Shown here one piece after another: positions 31,249 through 41,200 of a stretch of DNA of 52,766 nucleotides. The translations under genes and the position numbers were made by a program. Numbering within the stretch: position 1 is the first letter of the stretch; every line of letters starts with the position of its first letter. The notes under the pieces were generated by a model, which was not told the origin of the DNA, did not search any database, and saw only the letters and a list, made by a program, of their open reading frames with translations. Origin of the DNA: Moorena sp. SIO1G6 (GTDB taxonomy: Bacteria > Cyanobacteriota > Cyanobacteriia > Cyanobacteriales > Coleofasciculaceae); contig NZ_JAAHFZ010000014.1 in assembly GCF_010672795.1 (NCBI RefSeq), positions 1 through 52,766 on the forward strand. The letters are read 5' to 3'.

Positions 31249-31698
31249 ATGAGAATCAATGATGCAGTCCCAAAAAAAGGCTCCAAAAAGCGCCGACGCC
31301 GTGTAGGTCGTGGCATTGCCGCTGGTCAAGGGGCTAGCTGCGGTTTTGGAATGCGTGGTCAAAAATCCCGTTCAGGTCGAGGGACAAGACCTGGTTTTGA
31401 AGGGGGTCAGATGCCCTTATATCGCCGTATCCCCAAGTTAAAACACTTTACGGTCATTAACCCCAAACATTACACTACAATCAACGTAGGTAAGTTGGCC
31501 TCACTTCCCGCCAATACTGAGGTAACTTTGGAATCATTGTTGGAGACAGGTGTGGTCACCACCAATGATGGTCCATTGAAACTACTCGGTGATGGGGAGC
31601 TGAATGTGCCACTCAATATAAAAGCTGCTGCCTTTACAAGTGGTGCCCGCCAAAAAATCGAGGCGGCTGGTGGCAGCTGGGAAGTTATAGCTAAGTAA
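31249..31698 (+). CDS. rplO: 50S ribosomal protein L15
   Basis: ...[27 protein letters not shown]... Confidence 0.9.
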   Translation: MRINDAVPKKGSKKRRRRVGRGIAAGQGASCGFGMRGQKSRSGRGTRPGFEGGQMPLYRRIPKLKHFTVINPKHYTTINVGKLASLPANTEVTLESLLETGVVTTNDGPLKLLGDGELNVPLNIKAAAFTSGARQKIEAAGGSWEVIAK

Positions 31699-31742
31699 CC
31701 CCTTTAGCCCTTATGCTCCTGTATCTTCAAGAGGTACCTTAA

Positions 31743-33083
31743 ATGACTGTCAGTCGAGACAAAGCCCCAACTGCTCAAGAGACGTTTATGCAAATGGCTC
31801 AAGCGGCTGGCCTTAGAGGTCGGCTGCTTGTCACCGTTGGTTTGTTAATTTTAGCCCGCTTGGGTGTCTTTCTTCCTGTACCAGGAATTGATCGAGCCAG
31901 ATTTTCAGCAGAACTCCAGAATAGCCCGTTTGTAGGTCTTTTGGACTTTTTCTCTGGTGGTGGTTTTTCCGCCCTAGGGATTTTTGCCTTGGGAATTTTG
32001 CCTTATATTAATGCTTCGATTATCCTACAACTGCTAACGGCAGCAATTCCTGCTTTAGAAAATTTGCAGAAAAATGAAGGTGAAGCAGGGCGTCGAAAAA
32101 TCGGTCAGATTACCCGTTATGTTGCCCTAGGCTGGTCTGTGATTCAAAGTATTGGCTTATCGTTGTGGGCACAGCGGTTTGCTGTTGAACCAGGCGCATT
32201 CTTTGTGTTTGAAACTGTACTTGCCCTCACGGCTGGCTCTATGTTTGTGATGTGGCTATCAGAGTTAATTACCGAACGAGGTATTGGCAACGGAGCTTCA
32301 CTATTGATTTTTGTCAATATTGTTGCTGTTTTGCCCCGCACCTTGGGTCAAACCATTGAACTGGCTCAGACCGGGGGTCGAGAAACGGTGGGTAAGGTAA
32401 TTGTGCTGCTGTTAGTTTTCCTAGTCATGATTGTTGGTATTGTCTTTGTGCAAGAAGGCAGCCGACGAATTCCGATTATTACTGCCAGACGTCAAGTTGG
32501 TAAGCGCCTTTACCGGGAGCGGAAAAATTATTTGCCCCTAAGGTTAAACCAAGGTGGCGTGATGCCAATTATCTTTGCCTCAGCCGTCTTAATCCTACCC
32601 ACATCCCTAGCTGGGATAACTAGTGGCGATAATAGCAATGGATTGTTAGGCTCAATCAATCAAGTCCTAATCCAGATTGCCAATTATCTCAACCCCAATG
32701 GTCAAACTCCTTGGGTCTATGTTGCTGTCTATTTAGTCTTGATTTTGTTCTTTAGCTACTTCTACGCCTCACTGATTATAAACCCAGTAGATATGTCCCA
32801 GAATTTGAAGAAAATGGGGGCGAGTATCCCTGGTATTCGACCAGGAAGGGCTACGAGTGAATATATAGAGAGAGTTTTGAACCGACTGACCTTATTAGGA
32901 GCAATTTTCCTAGGACTGGTAGCTGTAGTACCAACTGCAGTCGAAAGCGCCACTGGTGTAACCACATTTAGGGGATTAGGTGCCACATCGTTGCTGATTT
33001 TGGTGGGGGTTGCCATTGACACAGCCAAGCAAATTCAAACCTACGTGATTTCCCAGCGTTACGAAGGTATGGTCAAGCAATAA
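31743..33083 (+). CDS. secY: Preprotein translocase subunit SecY
   Basis: 446 aa with 10 TM segments. ...GIFALGILPYINASIILQLL... is the SecY signature. Confidence 0.95.
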   Translation: MTVSRDKAPTAQETFMQMAQAAGLRGRLLVTVGLLILARLGVFLPVPGIDRARFSAELQNSPFVGLLDFFSGGGFSALGIFALGILPYINASIILQLLTAAIPALENLQKNEGEAGRRKIGQITRYVALGWSVIQSIGLSLWAQRFAVEPGAFFVFETVLALTAGSMFVMWLSELITERGIGNGASLLIFVNIVAVLPRTLGQTIELAQTGGRETVGKVIVLLLVFLVMIVGIVFVQEGSRRIPIITARRQVGKRLYRERKNYLPLRLNQGGVMPIIFASAVLILPTSLAGITSGDNSNGLLGSINQVLIQIANYLNPNGQTPWVYVAVYLVLILFFSYFYASLIINPVDMSQNLKKMGASIPGIRPGRATSEYIERVLNRLTLLGAIFLGLVAVVPTAVESATGVTTFRGLGATSLLILVGVAIDTAKQIQTYVISQRYEGMVKQ

Positions 33084-33207
33084 AGCGATTGGGCAATGGG
33101 CGCAGCAGCTTTTTTAGGTGGATGAGCCTCAAATTTTCGGGTCAGTTGGTTGTTGTTCATTGCCTAGGACAAAAACCAACTGACACATTACCCATGACAC
33201 ATGACAC

Positions 33208-33771
33208 ATGAAGAGATTAATCTTTTTAGGACCTCCAGGAGCAGGTAAAGGAACTCAAGCCAAAATTGTGGCTGAACAACTAGGGATTCCTCACATTTCC
33301 ACCGGGGAAATTTTGCGAGGGGCTGTAAGTGCTCAAACCCTCCTGGGTCAAAAAGCTCAGTCCTATATGGATAAAGGAGAATTGGTGCCTGACGAGTTGC
33401 TCATAGATCTGATCCGCGATCGCCTAAATCAACCCGATGCTCAAAATGGTTGGATTTTAGACGGTTTTCCCCGTAACGTCAGCCAAGCCCATTTCTTGAA
33501 TGACCTGTTGCAGGAGCTTGACCAAACTTTGGATGGTGCCATCAACCTAGAAGTGCCAGATCAGGTTTTGATCGACAGACTATTGGAAAGGGGTCGTAAG
33601 GAGGGACGTACAGATGATAATGAGGAAACTATCCGCACACGTCTTGAGGTCTATAACCATCAAACAGCTCCTTTGGTGGAATTTTACCGAGAACACTCAG
33701 CTTTAAAATCTATTAATGGTGATCTCTCCTTAGAGCAAGTCACCGAATCGATTAAACAGGTTCTAGCGTAA
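33208..33771 (+). CDS. adk: Adenylate kinase
   Basis: [18 protein letters not shown]... is the P-loop; ...LDGFPRN... Confidence 0.95.
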   Translation: MKRLIFLGPPGAGKGTQAKIVAEQLGIPHISTGEILRGAVSAQTLLGQKAQSYMDKGELVPDELLIDLIRDRLNQPDAQNGWILDGFPRNVSQAHFLNDLLQELDQTLDGAINLEVPDQVLIDRLLERGRKEGRTDDNEETIRTRLEVYNHQTAPLVEFYREHSALKSINGDLSLEQVTESIKQVLA

Positions 33772-34101
33772 TGATTTTAGGGTAAGCCCATGCGTAAGGG
33801 CGGAAACCCCCTGCGTGGGGCATGGAAGCCATCATCTGACCCTATTGTAGCGAATACCTTACCACTAGCCTAATACTTAGACTAATTTAGACTAATGGTT
33901 ATTCTAATGGTTCGACCGGTGTAACCTATGCCTTGAGCTAGGCCACGGGAAAAATGCTTCCCTGACCGCGCTACTCCAAAGTTGGTTTTAAACTAGTTTA
34001 GTTGGTATAATTTAGGATTTGATAAAATATGTTAAGACTCCCTGAATTAAATAATCAAAATTTAGAACATAGGGGGATAGTTGTATTGAGGTTAAAACAC
34101 T

Positions 34102-34326
34102 TTGGCTAAACAAGACTTAATTGAAATGGAAGGCACGGTGACTGAATCCCTGCCGAATGCCATGTTTCGCGTTGACTTGGACAATGGCTTTAATGTCCTA
34201 GCTCATATTTCCGGTAAAATCCGTCGGAATTACATCAAAATTCTGCCCGGAGACCGGGTCAAAGTTGAACTAACCCCCTACGATTTAACCAAAGGCAGGA
34301 TCACCTACCGTCTGCGTAAGAAGTAA
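34102..34326 (+). CDS. infA: Translation initiation factor IF-1
   Basis: ...[53 protein letters not shown]... The start appears to be TTG. Confidence 0.9.
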   Translation: MAKQDLIEMEGTVTESLPNAMFRVDLDNGFNVLAHISGKIRRNYIKILPGDRVKVELTPYDLTKGRITYRLRKK

Positions 34327-34427
34327 AACTAGCAGCGGATTCTGTTTTATGAAAAATAAGTTAAATTTGACAAGTCAACCAAAAAAAAGATATAATAACC
34401 AACTGCATTCTGTCCAGAAAAAAAGGC

Positions 34428-34541
34428 ATGAAAGTTAGACCATCTGTCCGAAAAATGTGTGAAAAGTGCCGCGTGATTCGACGCCACGGTCGAGTTATGG
34501 TGATTTGCCCGAATCCCAAACACAAACAGCGTCAGGGATAA
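34428..34541 (+). CDS. rpmJ: 50S ribosomal protein L36 (37 aa; not in the supplied ORF track)
   Basis: The translation is [37 protein letters not shown]. This is the canonical L36 zinc-ribbon sequence in its expected position between infA and rpsM. Confidence 0.9.
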   Translation: MKVRPSVRKMCEKCRVIRRHGRVMVICPNPKHKQRQG

Positions 34542-34612
34542 ACCTCAAATCCATACACTTAATCCATACATTTAATTTGTAGCACAAAACTTCAGTCAAG
34601 GGAGAACCAAGC

Positions 34613-34996
34613 GTGGCTCGGATTGCCAGTGTAGACCTACCTCGCGATAAACGTGTAGAAATAGGTCTGACCTACATTTATGGAATCGGTCTGTCGCGGT
34701 CTAAAGACATTTTAGCAGCAACAGGAGTTAACCCAGATACGAGGGTTAAGGATTTGACCGATGCTGAGGTGGCTGCCCTCAGAGCAGCTGTCGAAAAAAA
34801 TTATCAGGTGGAAGGGGATTTAAGGCGCTGGCAGTCAATGAACATCAAGCGCCTAGTAGATATTGGTACCTATCGCGGACGTCGTCATCGCATGGGACTG
34901 CCCGTGAGAGGACAGCGAACCCGCACTAATGCCCGTACCCGTCGCGGTAGACGAGTGACTATCGCTGGAAAGAAAAAAGCACCGGCTAAGAAGTAA
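34613..34996 (+). CDS. rpsM: 30S ribosomal protein S13
   Basis: [26 protein letters not shown]...; GTG start. Confidence 0.9.
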   Translation: MARIASVDLPRDKRVEIGLTYIYGIGLSRSKDILAATGVNPDTRVKDLTDAEVAALRAAVEKNYQVEGDLRRWQSMNIKRLVDIGTYRGRRHRMGLPVRGQRTRTNARTRRGRRVTIAGKKKAPAKK

Positions 34997-35182
34997 TAGC
35001 TCTAGTCAGCTCAACTATCCACCACAGCTTTGTGGTCATTGGTCATTCGTCAAAAGTAACTGCCAGGAGACCTTCTGTTAGTCACTTTGGACAAAGGACT
35101 TTGGACAAAAGACTTTGGACAAAATTGTTCAAGTTACTCAACCCCAAGATAATCAATCACCGATAGAGTAAAGTCAAGTGAC

Positions 35183-35575
35183 ATGGCGCGACCAACAAAA
35201 AAAGGTGGTACAAAAAAGCAGAAACGCAATGTACCCAATGGAATAGCATACATCCAGTCTACGTTCAATAATACTATCGTCACCATTTCTGACACCAAAG
35301 GGGATGTAGTCTCTTGGGCTTCAGCTGGCTCTAGTGGATTTAAGGGGGCAAAAAAAGGAACTCCCTTCGCTGCTCAGACCGCTGCTGACAGTGCTGCCCG
35401 ACGAGCCATAGACCAAGGTATGCGTCAGGTGGAAGTGATGGTGAGTGGACCAGGAGCAGGTCGAGAAACCGCTATTCGGGCCCTGCAAGGAGCCGGACTG
35501 GAAATCACCCTAATCAGGGATGTAACTCCAATTCCTCATAACGGCTGCCGTCCACCCAAACGGCGTCGAGTATAA
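35183..35575 (+). CDS. rpsK: 30S ribosomal protein S11
   Basis: ...[30 protein letters not shown]... Confidence 0.95.
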   Translation: MARPTKKGGTKKQKRNVPNGIAYIQSTFNNTIVTISDTKGDVVSWASAGSSGFKGAKKGTPFAAQTAADSAARRAIDQGMRQVEVMVSGPGAGRETAIRALQGAGLEITLIRDVTPIPHNGCRPPKRRRV

Positions 35576-35718
35576 GAGTATATTTTTTGCGACCGTTAGG
35601 TTGAAAGGAAAGTAGCTTGAAAGGAGGAGGTTCATAAGGAACTCCTTACCCTTTGGCTTACTATCCCTTCAACCTGTATTCGGTTAAAGGGGTCTTATGA
35701 ATAGAGGGAGGTCACTCT

Positions 35719-36663
35719 GTGGCGCAGTTTCAGATTGAGTGTGTAGAATCCAAAACACTGAAGAACCAAAGTCAGTATAGCAGATTTGTCCTAGAGCCTC
35801 TCGAACGTGGTCAAGGCACAACGGTTGGCAACGCCCTCAGACGAGTTTTGCTGTCCAACCTAGAAGGAGCAGCAGTGACGGCTGTCAGGATTGCTGGCGT
35901 AAACAATGAGTTTGCCACAATTGAGGGAGTCAGAGAGGATGTCCTGGAAATTATGCTGAATATGAAGGAAGTTGTCCTCAAAAGCTACACCTCTCAACCT
36001 CAGATAGGTCGAGTGATGATTACTGGGCCATCCACTGTGAGAGCTGCTCAGTTTGATTTGCCCTCGGAGGTGGAAATTATTGCTCCAGGTCAGTATGTTG
36101 CTACTTTAGCAGAAGGGGCTAAGCTTGAAATGGAGTTCCGCATCGAAAAGGGTACAGGATATCGCTCTGTGGAACGGGGGCATGATGAATCAACAGCGGT
36201 AGATTTCCTCCAGATTGACTCTGTTTTCATGCCGGTGACTAAAGTAAATTACAGCGTTGAAAATACTCGCATTGATGGTGCTCTGGAAAAGGATCGCTTA
36301 ACTTTAGAGGTCTGGACCAATGGTAGTATAACTCCCCAAGAAGCTTTATCTCAAGCGGCTGGGACCCTGGTGGATCTGTTCAATCCTCTCAAGGATATTA
36401 ATCTCGAATCTATTAAAGATGACTATGGTGATGATGACGATCCGACCAGCCAAATCCCGATCGAAGAATTACAACTCTCGGTTCGGGCTTACAACTGCCT
36501 GAAACGAGCACAGATCAACTCTGTATCCGATTTGCTCGATTATAGTCAGGAAGACCTCCTAGAAATCAAAAACTTTGGTCAAAAGTCGGCTGAAGAAGTG
36601 ATTGAAGCTCTGCAACGACGTCTAGGAATTACACTGCCCCACGAAAAATCCGCTAAGACTTAA
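35719..36663 (+). CDS. rpoA: DNA-directed RNA polymerase subunit alpha
   Basis: 314 aa with N-terminal dimerisation and alpha-CTD motifs (...SVRAYNCLKRAQINSVSDLL...). GTG start. Confidence 0.9.
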   Translation: MAQFQIECVESKTLKNQSQYSRFVLEPLERGQGTTVGNALRRVLLSNLEGAAVTAVRIAGVNNEFATIEGVREDVLEIMLNMKEVVLKSYTSQPQIGRVMITGPSTVRAAQFDLPSEVEIIAPGQYVATLAEGAKLEMEFRIEKGTGYRSVERGHDESTAVDFLQIDSVFMPVTKVNYSVENTRIDGALEKDRLTLEVWTNGSITPQEALSQAAGTLVDLFNPLKDINLESIKDDYGDDDDPTSQIPIEELQLSVRAYNCLKRAQINSVSDLLDYSQEDLLEIKNFGQKSAEEVIEALQRRLGITLPHEKSAKT

Positions 36664-36765
36664 CCACAACAATTAAACTTAAGGGACTGGACAATTAGCA
36701 ATTAGCTAGTCCAAACCCTAGGAATAAAGGCAAATCTTGTTCAAAAAAAAGGAGGAAGCTAAAAA

Positions 36766-37116
36766 ATGCGTCACGGGCGTCGTGTGCCAAAACTGGGCAA
36801 GCCAGCAGATCAACGTCGGGCTCTGATGAGATCCCTGACCACTGAATTACTGCGTCATGGTCGAATCACTACCACTAAAGCTCGGGCAAAAGCCATTCGT
36901 TCGGAGGTGGAGCGAATGATTACCCTGGCCAAGGATGGCTCCTTGGCATCCCGACGTAGGGCAATTGCCTATCTCTACGACAAAAAGTTAGTTCACTCCC
37001 TATTTGCTGAGGTTAAAGCGCGATATGGCGATCGCAACGGCGGATATACCCGAATTCTGCGCACGGTGCGGCGTCGTGGTGATAATGCTGAAATATCTAT
37101 TATTGAACTAGTCTGA
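36766..37116 (+). CDS. rplQ: 50S ribosomal protein L17
   Basis: [24 protein letters not shown]... Confidence 0.95.
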   Translation: MRHGRRVPKLGKPADQRRALMRSLTTELLRHGRITTTKARAKAIRSEVERMITLAKDGSLASRRRAIAYLYDKKLVHSLFAEVKARYGDRNGGYTRILRTVRRRGDNAEISIIELV

Positions 37117-37174
37117 GGCAATTAACCATTAAAGCAATTAACCATTAAAAATGTCAATTGTTAATCCTTAATCC

Positions 37175-38011
37175 ATGATGTCTGACAACGATGCTAAAGC
37201 TATCCAGCGAATTGCCCTGGTTATTCAATACCTGGGTAATAACTTTTATGGCTGGCAGCGACAACCCCAGCATCGCAGTGTTCAGTCAGAAATCGAAACA
37301 GTTCTGTCCAGCGTGCAACAGCGAGCCATAACCCTATATGGTGCTGGTCGTACTGATACAGGGGTTCACGCTGCTGCCCAAGTCGCTCATTTTAATGCCA
37401 CAGGTCCCATACCAGCCCATCGCTGGGCAGCGATACTCAATAGTAGACTGCCAGAGGATATCTTAGTCCGAGCATCAGCATTAGTTTCACAAGACTGGCA
37501 TGCTCGGTTTAGTGCCATCTGGCGTCGTTATCGATACACAATCTATACCGACGCCTGCCCTAACTTGTTTGTACAACCCTTTTGTTGGCACTATTATCAA
37601 GCTCCCCTTGATGAATCCCTGATCCAGGCAGCCTTAAAACCACTGCTGGGTAAGCATCACTTGGCAGCCTTTCACCGAAGCAACTCGGGGCGATCGCATT
37701 CCTGGGTAAATGTGCAAGCAGCCGAATGTTACCGCAATGGACCATTTATTCATATAGAAATTCAAGCTAACGGATTTCTATATGGTATGGTGCGTCTGTT
37801 GGTAGGAATGCTAGTACAAGTGGGAATAGGGAAGCTAACCCCAGAACAGTTTACTGACATCTGGGTTAACCAACAGCGGGACAAGGTGAAACACGCTTCT
37901 CCAGCCAAAGGCTTGTGCTTGCTAAGGGTTGGCTACCCAGAATGCCCCTTTCTCCCAGAAATATGGTATGATACCCAACCCAAATTTATATTACCTCAAT
38001 TGACGGGTTGA
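37175..38011 (+). CDS. truA: tRNA pseudouridine(38-40) synthase TruA
   Basis: ...YGAGRTDTGVHAAAQVAHF... carries the catalytic Asp. Its position after rplQ is the typical cyanobacterial arrangement. Confidence 0.85.
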   Translation: MMSDNDAKAIQRIALVIQYLGNNFYGWQRQPQHRSVQSEIETVLSSVQQRAITLYGAGRTDTGVHAAAQVAHFNATGPIPAHRWAAILNSRLPEDILVRASALVSQDWHARFSAIWRRYRYTIYTDACPNLFVQPFCWHYYQAPLDESLIQAALKPLLGKHHLAAFHRSNSGRSHSWVNVQAAECYRNGPFIHIEIQANGFLYGMVRLLVGMLVQVGIGKLTPEQFTDIWVNQQRDKVKHASPAKGLCLLRVGYPECPFLPEIWYDTQPKFILPQLTG

Positions 38012-38225
38012 AGACTACACGTAACAAGATTGAAGAGGGGGTGAAGGTGACAGGTAACAAGCCTGAAGGCTACTTCTAGAGATAAGTAACATTCAATTTA
38101 ATCTGTCAACCTACTAACCGACAAGGGCTCCTTGGGCTAGAACAACCTGTGTAGCGTGGGCCTTAAGGCCAAGCTACAAGAGACAACCTTTCAACCCAAC
38201 CGTAAACCTGATATTGATTGAACCG

Positions 38226-38675
38226 ATGGAAAAAACCCACATACCAACTAAAGACTCAATTGAAAAAAAGTGGTACGTTGTAGACGCCACCAACCAGCGT
38301 CTAGGACGACTAGCCAGTGAAATAGCCATTATTCTGCGGGGGAAGAACAAACCTACTTACACTCCCCACATGGATACTGGTGACTTCGTGATTGTTGTCA
38401 ATGCCGAAAAAGTTATGGTAACTGGCAGAAAACGAGACCAAAAACTATACCGCCGCCATTCCGGTCGTCCTGGCGGTATGAAGACAGAAACCTTTGCCGA
38501 ATTGCAAGCACGTATACCCGAAAGAATTATCGAGAAAGCTGTCAAGGGTATGCTACCTAAAAACTCTCTGGGTCGCCAACTTTTCAAGAAGCTGAAAGTT
38601 TACACTGGTCAGACCCATCCCCATGAAGCACAACAACCCCAAGAACTAACTATTAAAACAATTCCAGGAGGCTAA
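38226..38675 (+). CDS. rplM: 50S ribosomal protein L13
   Basis: ...[21 protein letters not shown]... Confidence 0.9.
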   Translation: MEKTHIPTKDSIEKKWYVVDATNQRLGRLASEIAIILRGKNKPTYTPHMDTGDFVIVVNAEKVMVTGRKRDQKLYRRHSGRPGGMKTETFAELQARIPERIIEKAVKGMLPKNSLGRQLFKKLKVYTGQTHPHEAQQPQELTIKTIPGG

Positions 38676-38680
38676 AACTA

Positions 38681-39094
38681 ATGCAAGCAGAAGAACAAGC
38701 AGGTCGCGCTGTTTACTGGGGAACTGGTCGTCGTAAGTCATCAGTTGCTAGAGTCCGTTTGGTTCCCGGTAGCGGTCAGTTGATTGTTAATAAACGTCCA
38801 GGGGACGCTTACTTTAACTTTAACCCCATGTACCTAGCCAGCCTGAAAGCACCTTTGGAAACCTTAGGTTTGGAAAATGAGTACGATATCCTAGTCAATG
38901 CCCACGGTGGTGGCTTAACGGGACAATCTGATGCTGTGCGTCTAGGGGTGGCTAGAGCCTTGTGCGAACTAGACCCAGAAAACCGCCAACCTCTTAAAAT
39001 AGAAGGCTACTTGACTCGTGACCCACGGTCAAAAGAGCGTAAGAAATATGGCTTGAAAAAAGCTCGGAAAGCCCCCCAATACTCGAAGCGATAA
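38681..39094 (+). CDS. rpsI: 30S ribosomal protein S9
   Basis: ...[21 protein letters not shown]...; C-terminal ...[12 protein letters not shown]. Confidence 0.95.
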   Translation: MQAEEQAGRAVYWGTGRRKSSVARVRLVPGSGQLIVNKRPGDAYFNFNPMYLASLKAPLETLGLENEYDILVNAHGGGLTGQSDAVRLGVARALCELDPENRQPLKIEGYLTRDPRSKERKKYGLKKARKAPQYSKR

Positions 39095-39430
39095 ATTATC
39101 AGCTGGCTAATTTAAAATTCAACATGGTAATTAAAAATTTGTAAGCATTCAGACCTTAGCTATCAGCTATCAGCCATTCCGAATAAAATTTTAGCTAAAA
39201 GCAATAATAAATCAGCTAATAAATTAGCTGATTAAGGGTTGTCCACAATAGCTAATTTATGGGCAATATTAAGCCACATGCCTAAGTTTGACAGGATTGA
39301 AAAGCTGACTGCTAAGGGGCTGATAGCACCTCAAGTAGCGTGTGCTTAGCGCATATCATTACCATAATTTAACAAATAGGAATGAAAAATTAGCTAAATA
39401 TATAGTAAAATAGAAATCAAAGGAGGAACT

Positions 39431-39679
39431 ATGCCAAAACCAGATATTCACCCAGAGTGGTACCCAGAAGCCAAAGTCTATTGCAACGGGGAAGTTGTGA
39501 TGACCGTTGGCTCAACTCAGCCAGAACTTCACGTAGATGTTTGGTCTGGTAATCATCCCTTCTACACAGGAACCCAGAAAATTATTGATACGGAAGGGCG
39601 AGTTGAACGCTTTATGCGGAAATATGGGATGCTGGATGCTGCAGACAATACAGCTAGCTCTGATGAGACAAAGAAATAG
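39431..39679 (+). CDS. rpmE: 50S ribosomal protein L31
   Basis: MPKPDIHPEWYPEAKVYCNGE...HPFYTG... Confidence 0.9.
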   Translation: MPKPDIHPEWYPEAKVYCNGEVVMTVGSTQPELHVDVWSGNHPFYTGTQKIIDTEGRVERFMRKYGMLDAADNTASSDETKK

Positions 39680-39899
39680 CTCCTGAAGTTCAAGGGTGAA
39701 GGATGAAGGATAAAAGATGAACCAGGAGGAATGAACCATGAAATGGGTTTAGCGATGGCTAACTTAAGGTTGACTAAAAACTTGATAAACAGTTAGGACT
39801 TAAACTTCCCACTTAATAGTTCCCACTTCATAATTCATAAATTTATACTTCATCCTTCCTAACTTCTTAGGCTATTTCAAGAGAGCGATCGCATAAACC

Positions 39900-41012
39900 A
39901 TGGCTGAAACCTACCTGCTGGAAAAACTAAACTCTGTCGAGCAAACCTACCATGAATTAACAAGGCGTCTGGCTGATCCAGATATCGCCACTGACCCCAA
40001 TGAGTTGCAACGAGTGGCAAAAGCTCGTGCCTCCTTAGAAGAAGTTGTTGCTACTTACGACAACTGGAAGAAAACCCAAGAGGATTTGGCAGGAGCAAGG
40101 CAAATCCTCAAAGAATCCACTGGTGAGCCAGAAATGCAAGAAATGGCAGCTCTGGAAGTTGAGGAACTCCAGACCAAGGTAGAGCATCTGGAAAGAGAAC
40201 TTAAAATATTACTCTTGCCCAAAGACCCAAATGATGAAAAGAATATCATGCTGGAGATTCGGGCAGGAACTGGTGGCGATGAAGCAAGTATCTGGGCAGG
40301 GGACTTGGTACGGATGTACTCACGCTATTCCGAAAGTCAAAACTGGCGAGTAAAGTTATTGAGTGAGTCTCTGGCGGATATGGGAGGCTTCAAAGAGGCG
40401 ATATTAGAAATTCAGGGAGAGCAAGTTTACAGCAAGCTGAAGTTTGAAGCTGGGGTTCATCGAGTCCAACGAGTACCTGTAACTGAGGCTGGCGGTAGAG
40501 TTCACACCTCAACAGCAACGGTAGCCGTGATGCCGGAAGTTGATGAGGTGGATGTGGAGATTGACCCCAAGGAGATCGAAATTTCTACAGCCCGTTCGGG
40601 TGGTGCTGGTGGTCAGAACGTAAACAAAGTGGAAACGGCAGTTGATTTATACCACAAGCCTACAGGAATTCGCATTTTCTGTACAGAAGAACGATCTCAG
40701 CTGCAAAACCGAGAGCGAGCTATGCAAATTCTCCGGGCTAAGCTGTACGAGATCAAGTTACAGGAACAGCAAGAAGCGGTGACCTCGATCAGGCGTGCCC
40801 AAGTTGGTACAGGGGCTCGTTCTGAGAAAATCCGTACCTACAACTACAAAGATAATCGGGTTACCGATCACCGACTGGGTCAAAATTATTCCCTCGCTCC
40901 TTTGCTGGAGGGGGACTTGGAGGGATTGATTCAAGCTTGCATTAGCCAAGACCAGCAGGAGCAATTGGAAAAATTGGCATCTTCAACATCCAACGGTCAA
41001 TCTTTAAATTGA
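39900..41012 (+). CDS. prfA: Peptide chain release factor 1
   Basis: It carries the GGQ motif ([16 protein letters not shown]) and the RF-1-type codon-recognition tripeptide PVT (...[17 protein letters not shown]...). Confidence 0.9.
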   Translation: MAETYLLEKLNSVEQTYHELTRRLADPDIATDPNELQRVAKARASLEEVVATYDNWKKTQEDLAGARQILKESTGEPEMQEMAALEVEELQTKVEHLERELKILLLPKDPNDEKNIMLEIRAGTGGDEASIWAGDLVRMYSRYSESQNWRVKLLSESLADMGGFKEAILEIQGEQVYSKLKFEAGVHRVQRVPVTEAGGRVHTSTATVAVMPEVDEVDVEIDPKEIEISTARSGGAGGQNVNKVETAVDLYHKPTGIRIFCTEERSQLQNRERAMQILRAKLYEIKLQEQQEAVTSIRRAQVGTGARSEKIRTYNYKDNRVTDHRLGQNYSLAPLLEGDLEGLIQACISQDQQEQLEKLASSTSNGQSLN

Positions 41013-41032
41013 TACCAAGTTAGGTGACTCTC

Positions 41033-41061
41033 CCACGCTAACACTACGTTTTTAGCGTGGG
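41033..41061 (+). terminator. 10-bp perfect-stem hairpin (CCCACGCTAA ..cactacgttt.. TTAGCGTGGG) 20 nt after the prfA stop; candidate terminator for the r-protein/prfA transcript
   Basis: Seen directly. Its position is convergent with the minus-strand cyclase gene. Confidence 0.4.
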
Positions 41062-41200
41062 ATTCTGATGGAATTGATTGCGGTATTAGCCGCATTTGTC
41101 ACAAAAAGAGCGTTCGCGTAGCGTGACCTTTGGTCAATCGCGCTTACCTAAAAGCCTTACCTGATCTGGATTTAATCAAAGTGAAGCCCAGACTCGAAGA

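Noticed and set aside
21924-31362. Numerous antisense or alternative-frame ORFs inside the ribosomal protein genes (e.g. 21924-22244-, 22278-22586-, 23916-24131-, 27007-27273-, 27632-27934-, 29603-29890-, 30886-31086-, 32762-33028-)
   Set aside because: They overlap strongly conserved r-protein genes on the opposite strand or in another frame. They are shadow ORFs.
33772-34101. Candidate structured ncRNA in the 330-bp adk-infA spacer (cccatgcg...ccccctgcgtgggg...gcatgg)
   Set aside because: Only short, imperfect complementary segments are present. There are no covarying second copies in the window and no recognisable Rfam-like motif. The evidence is insufficient to call.
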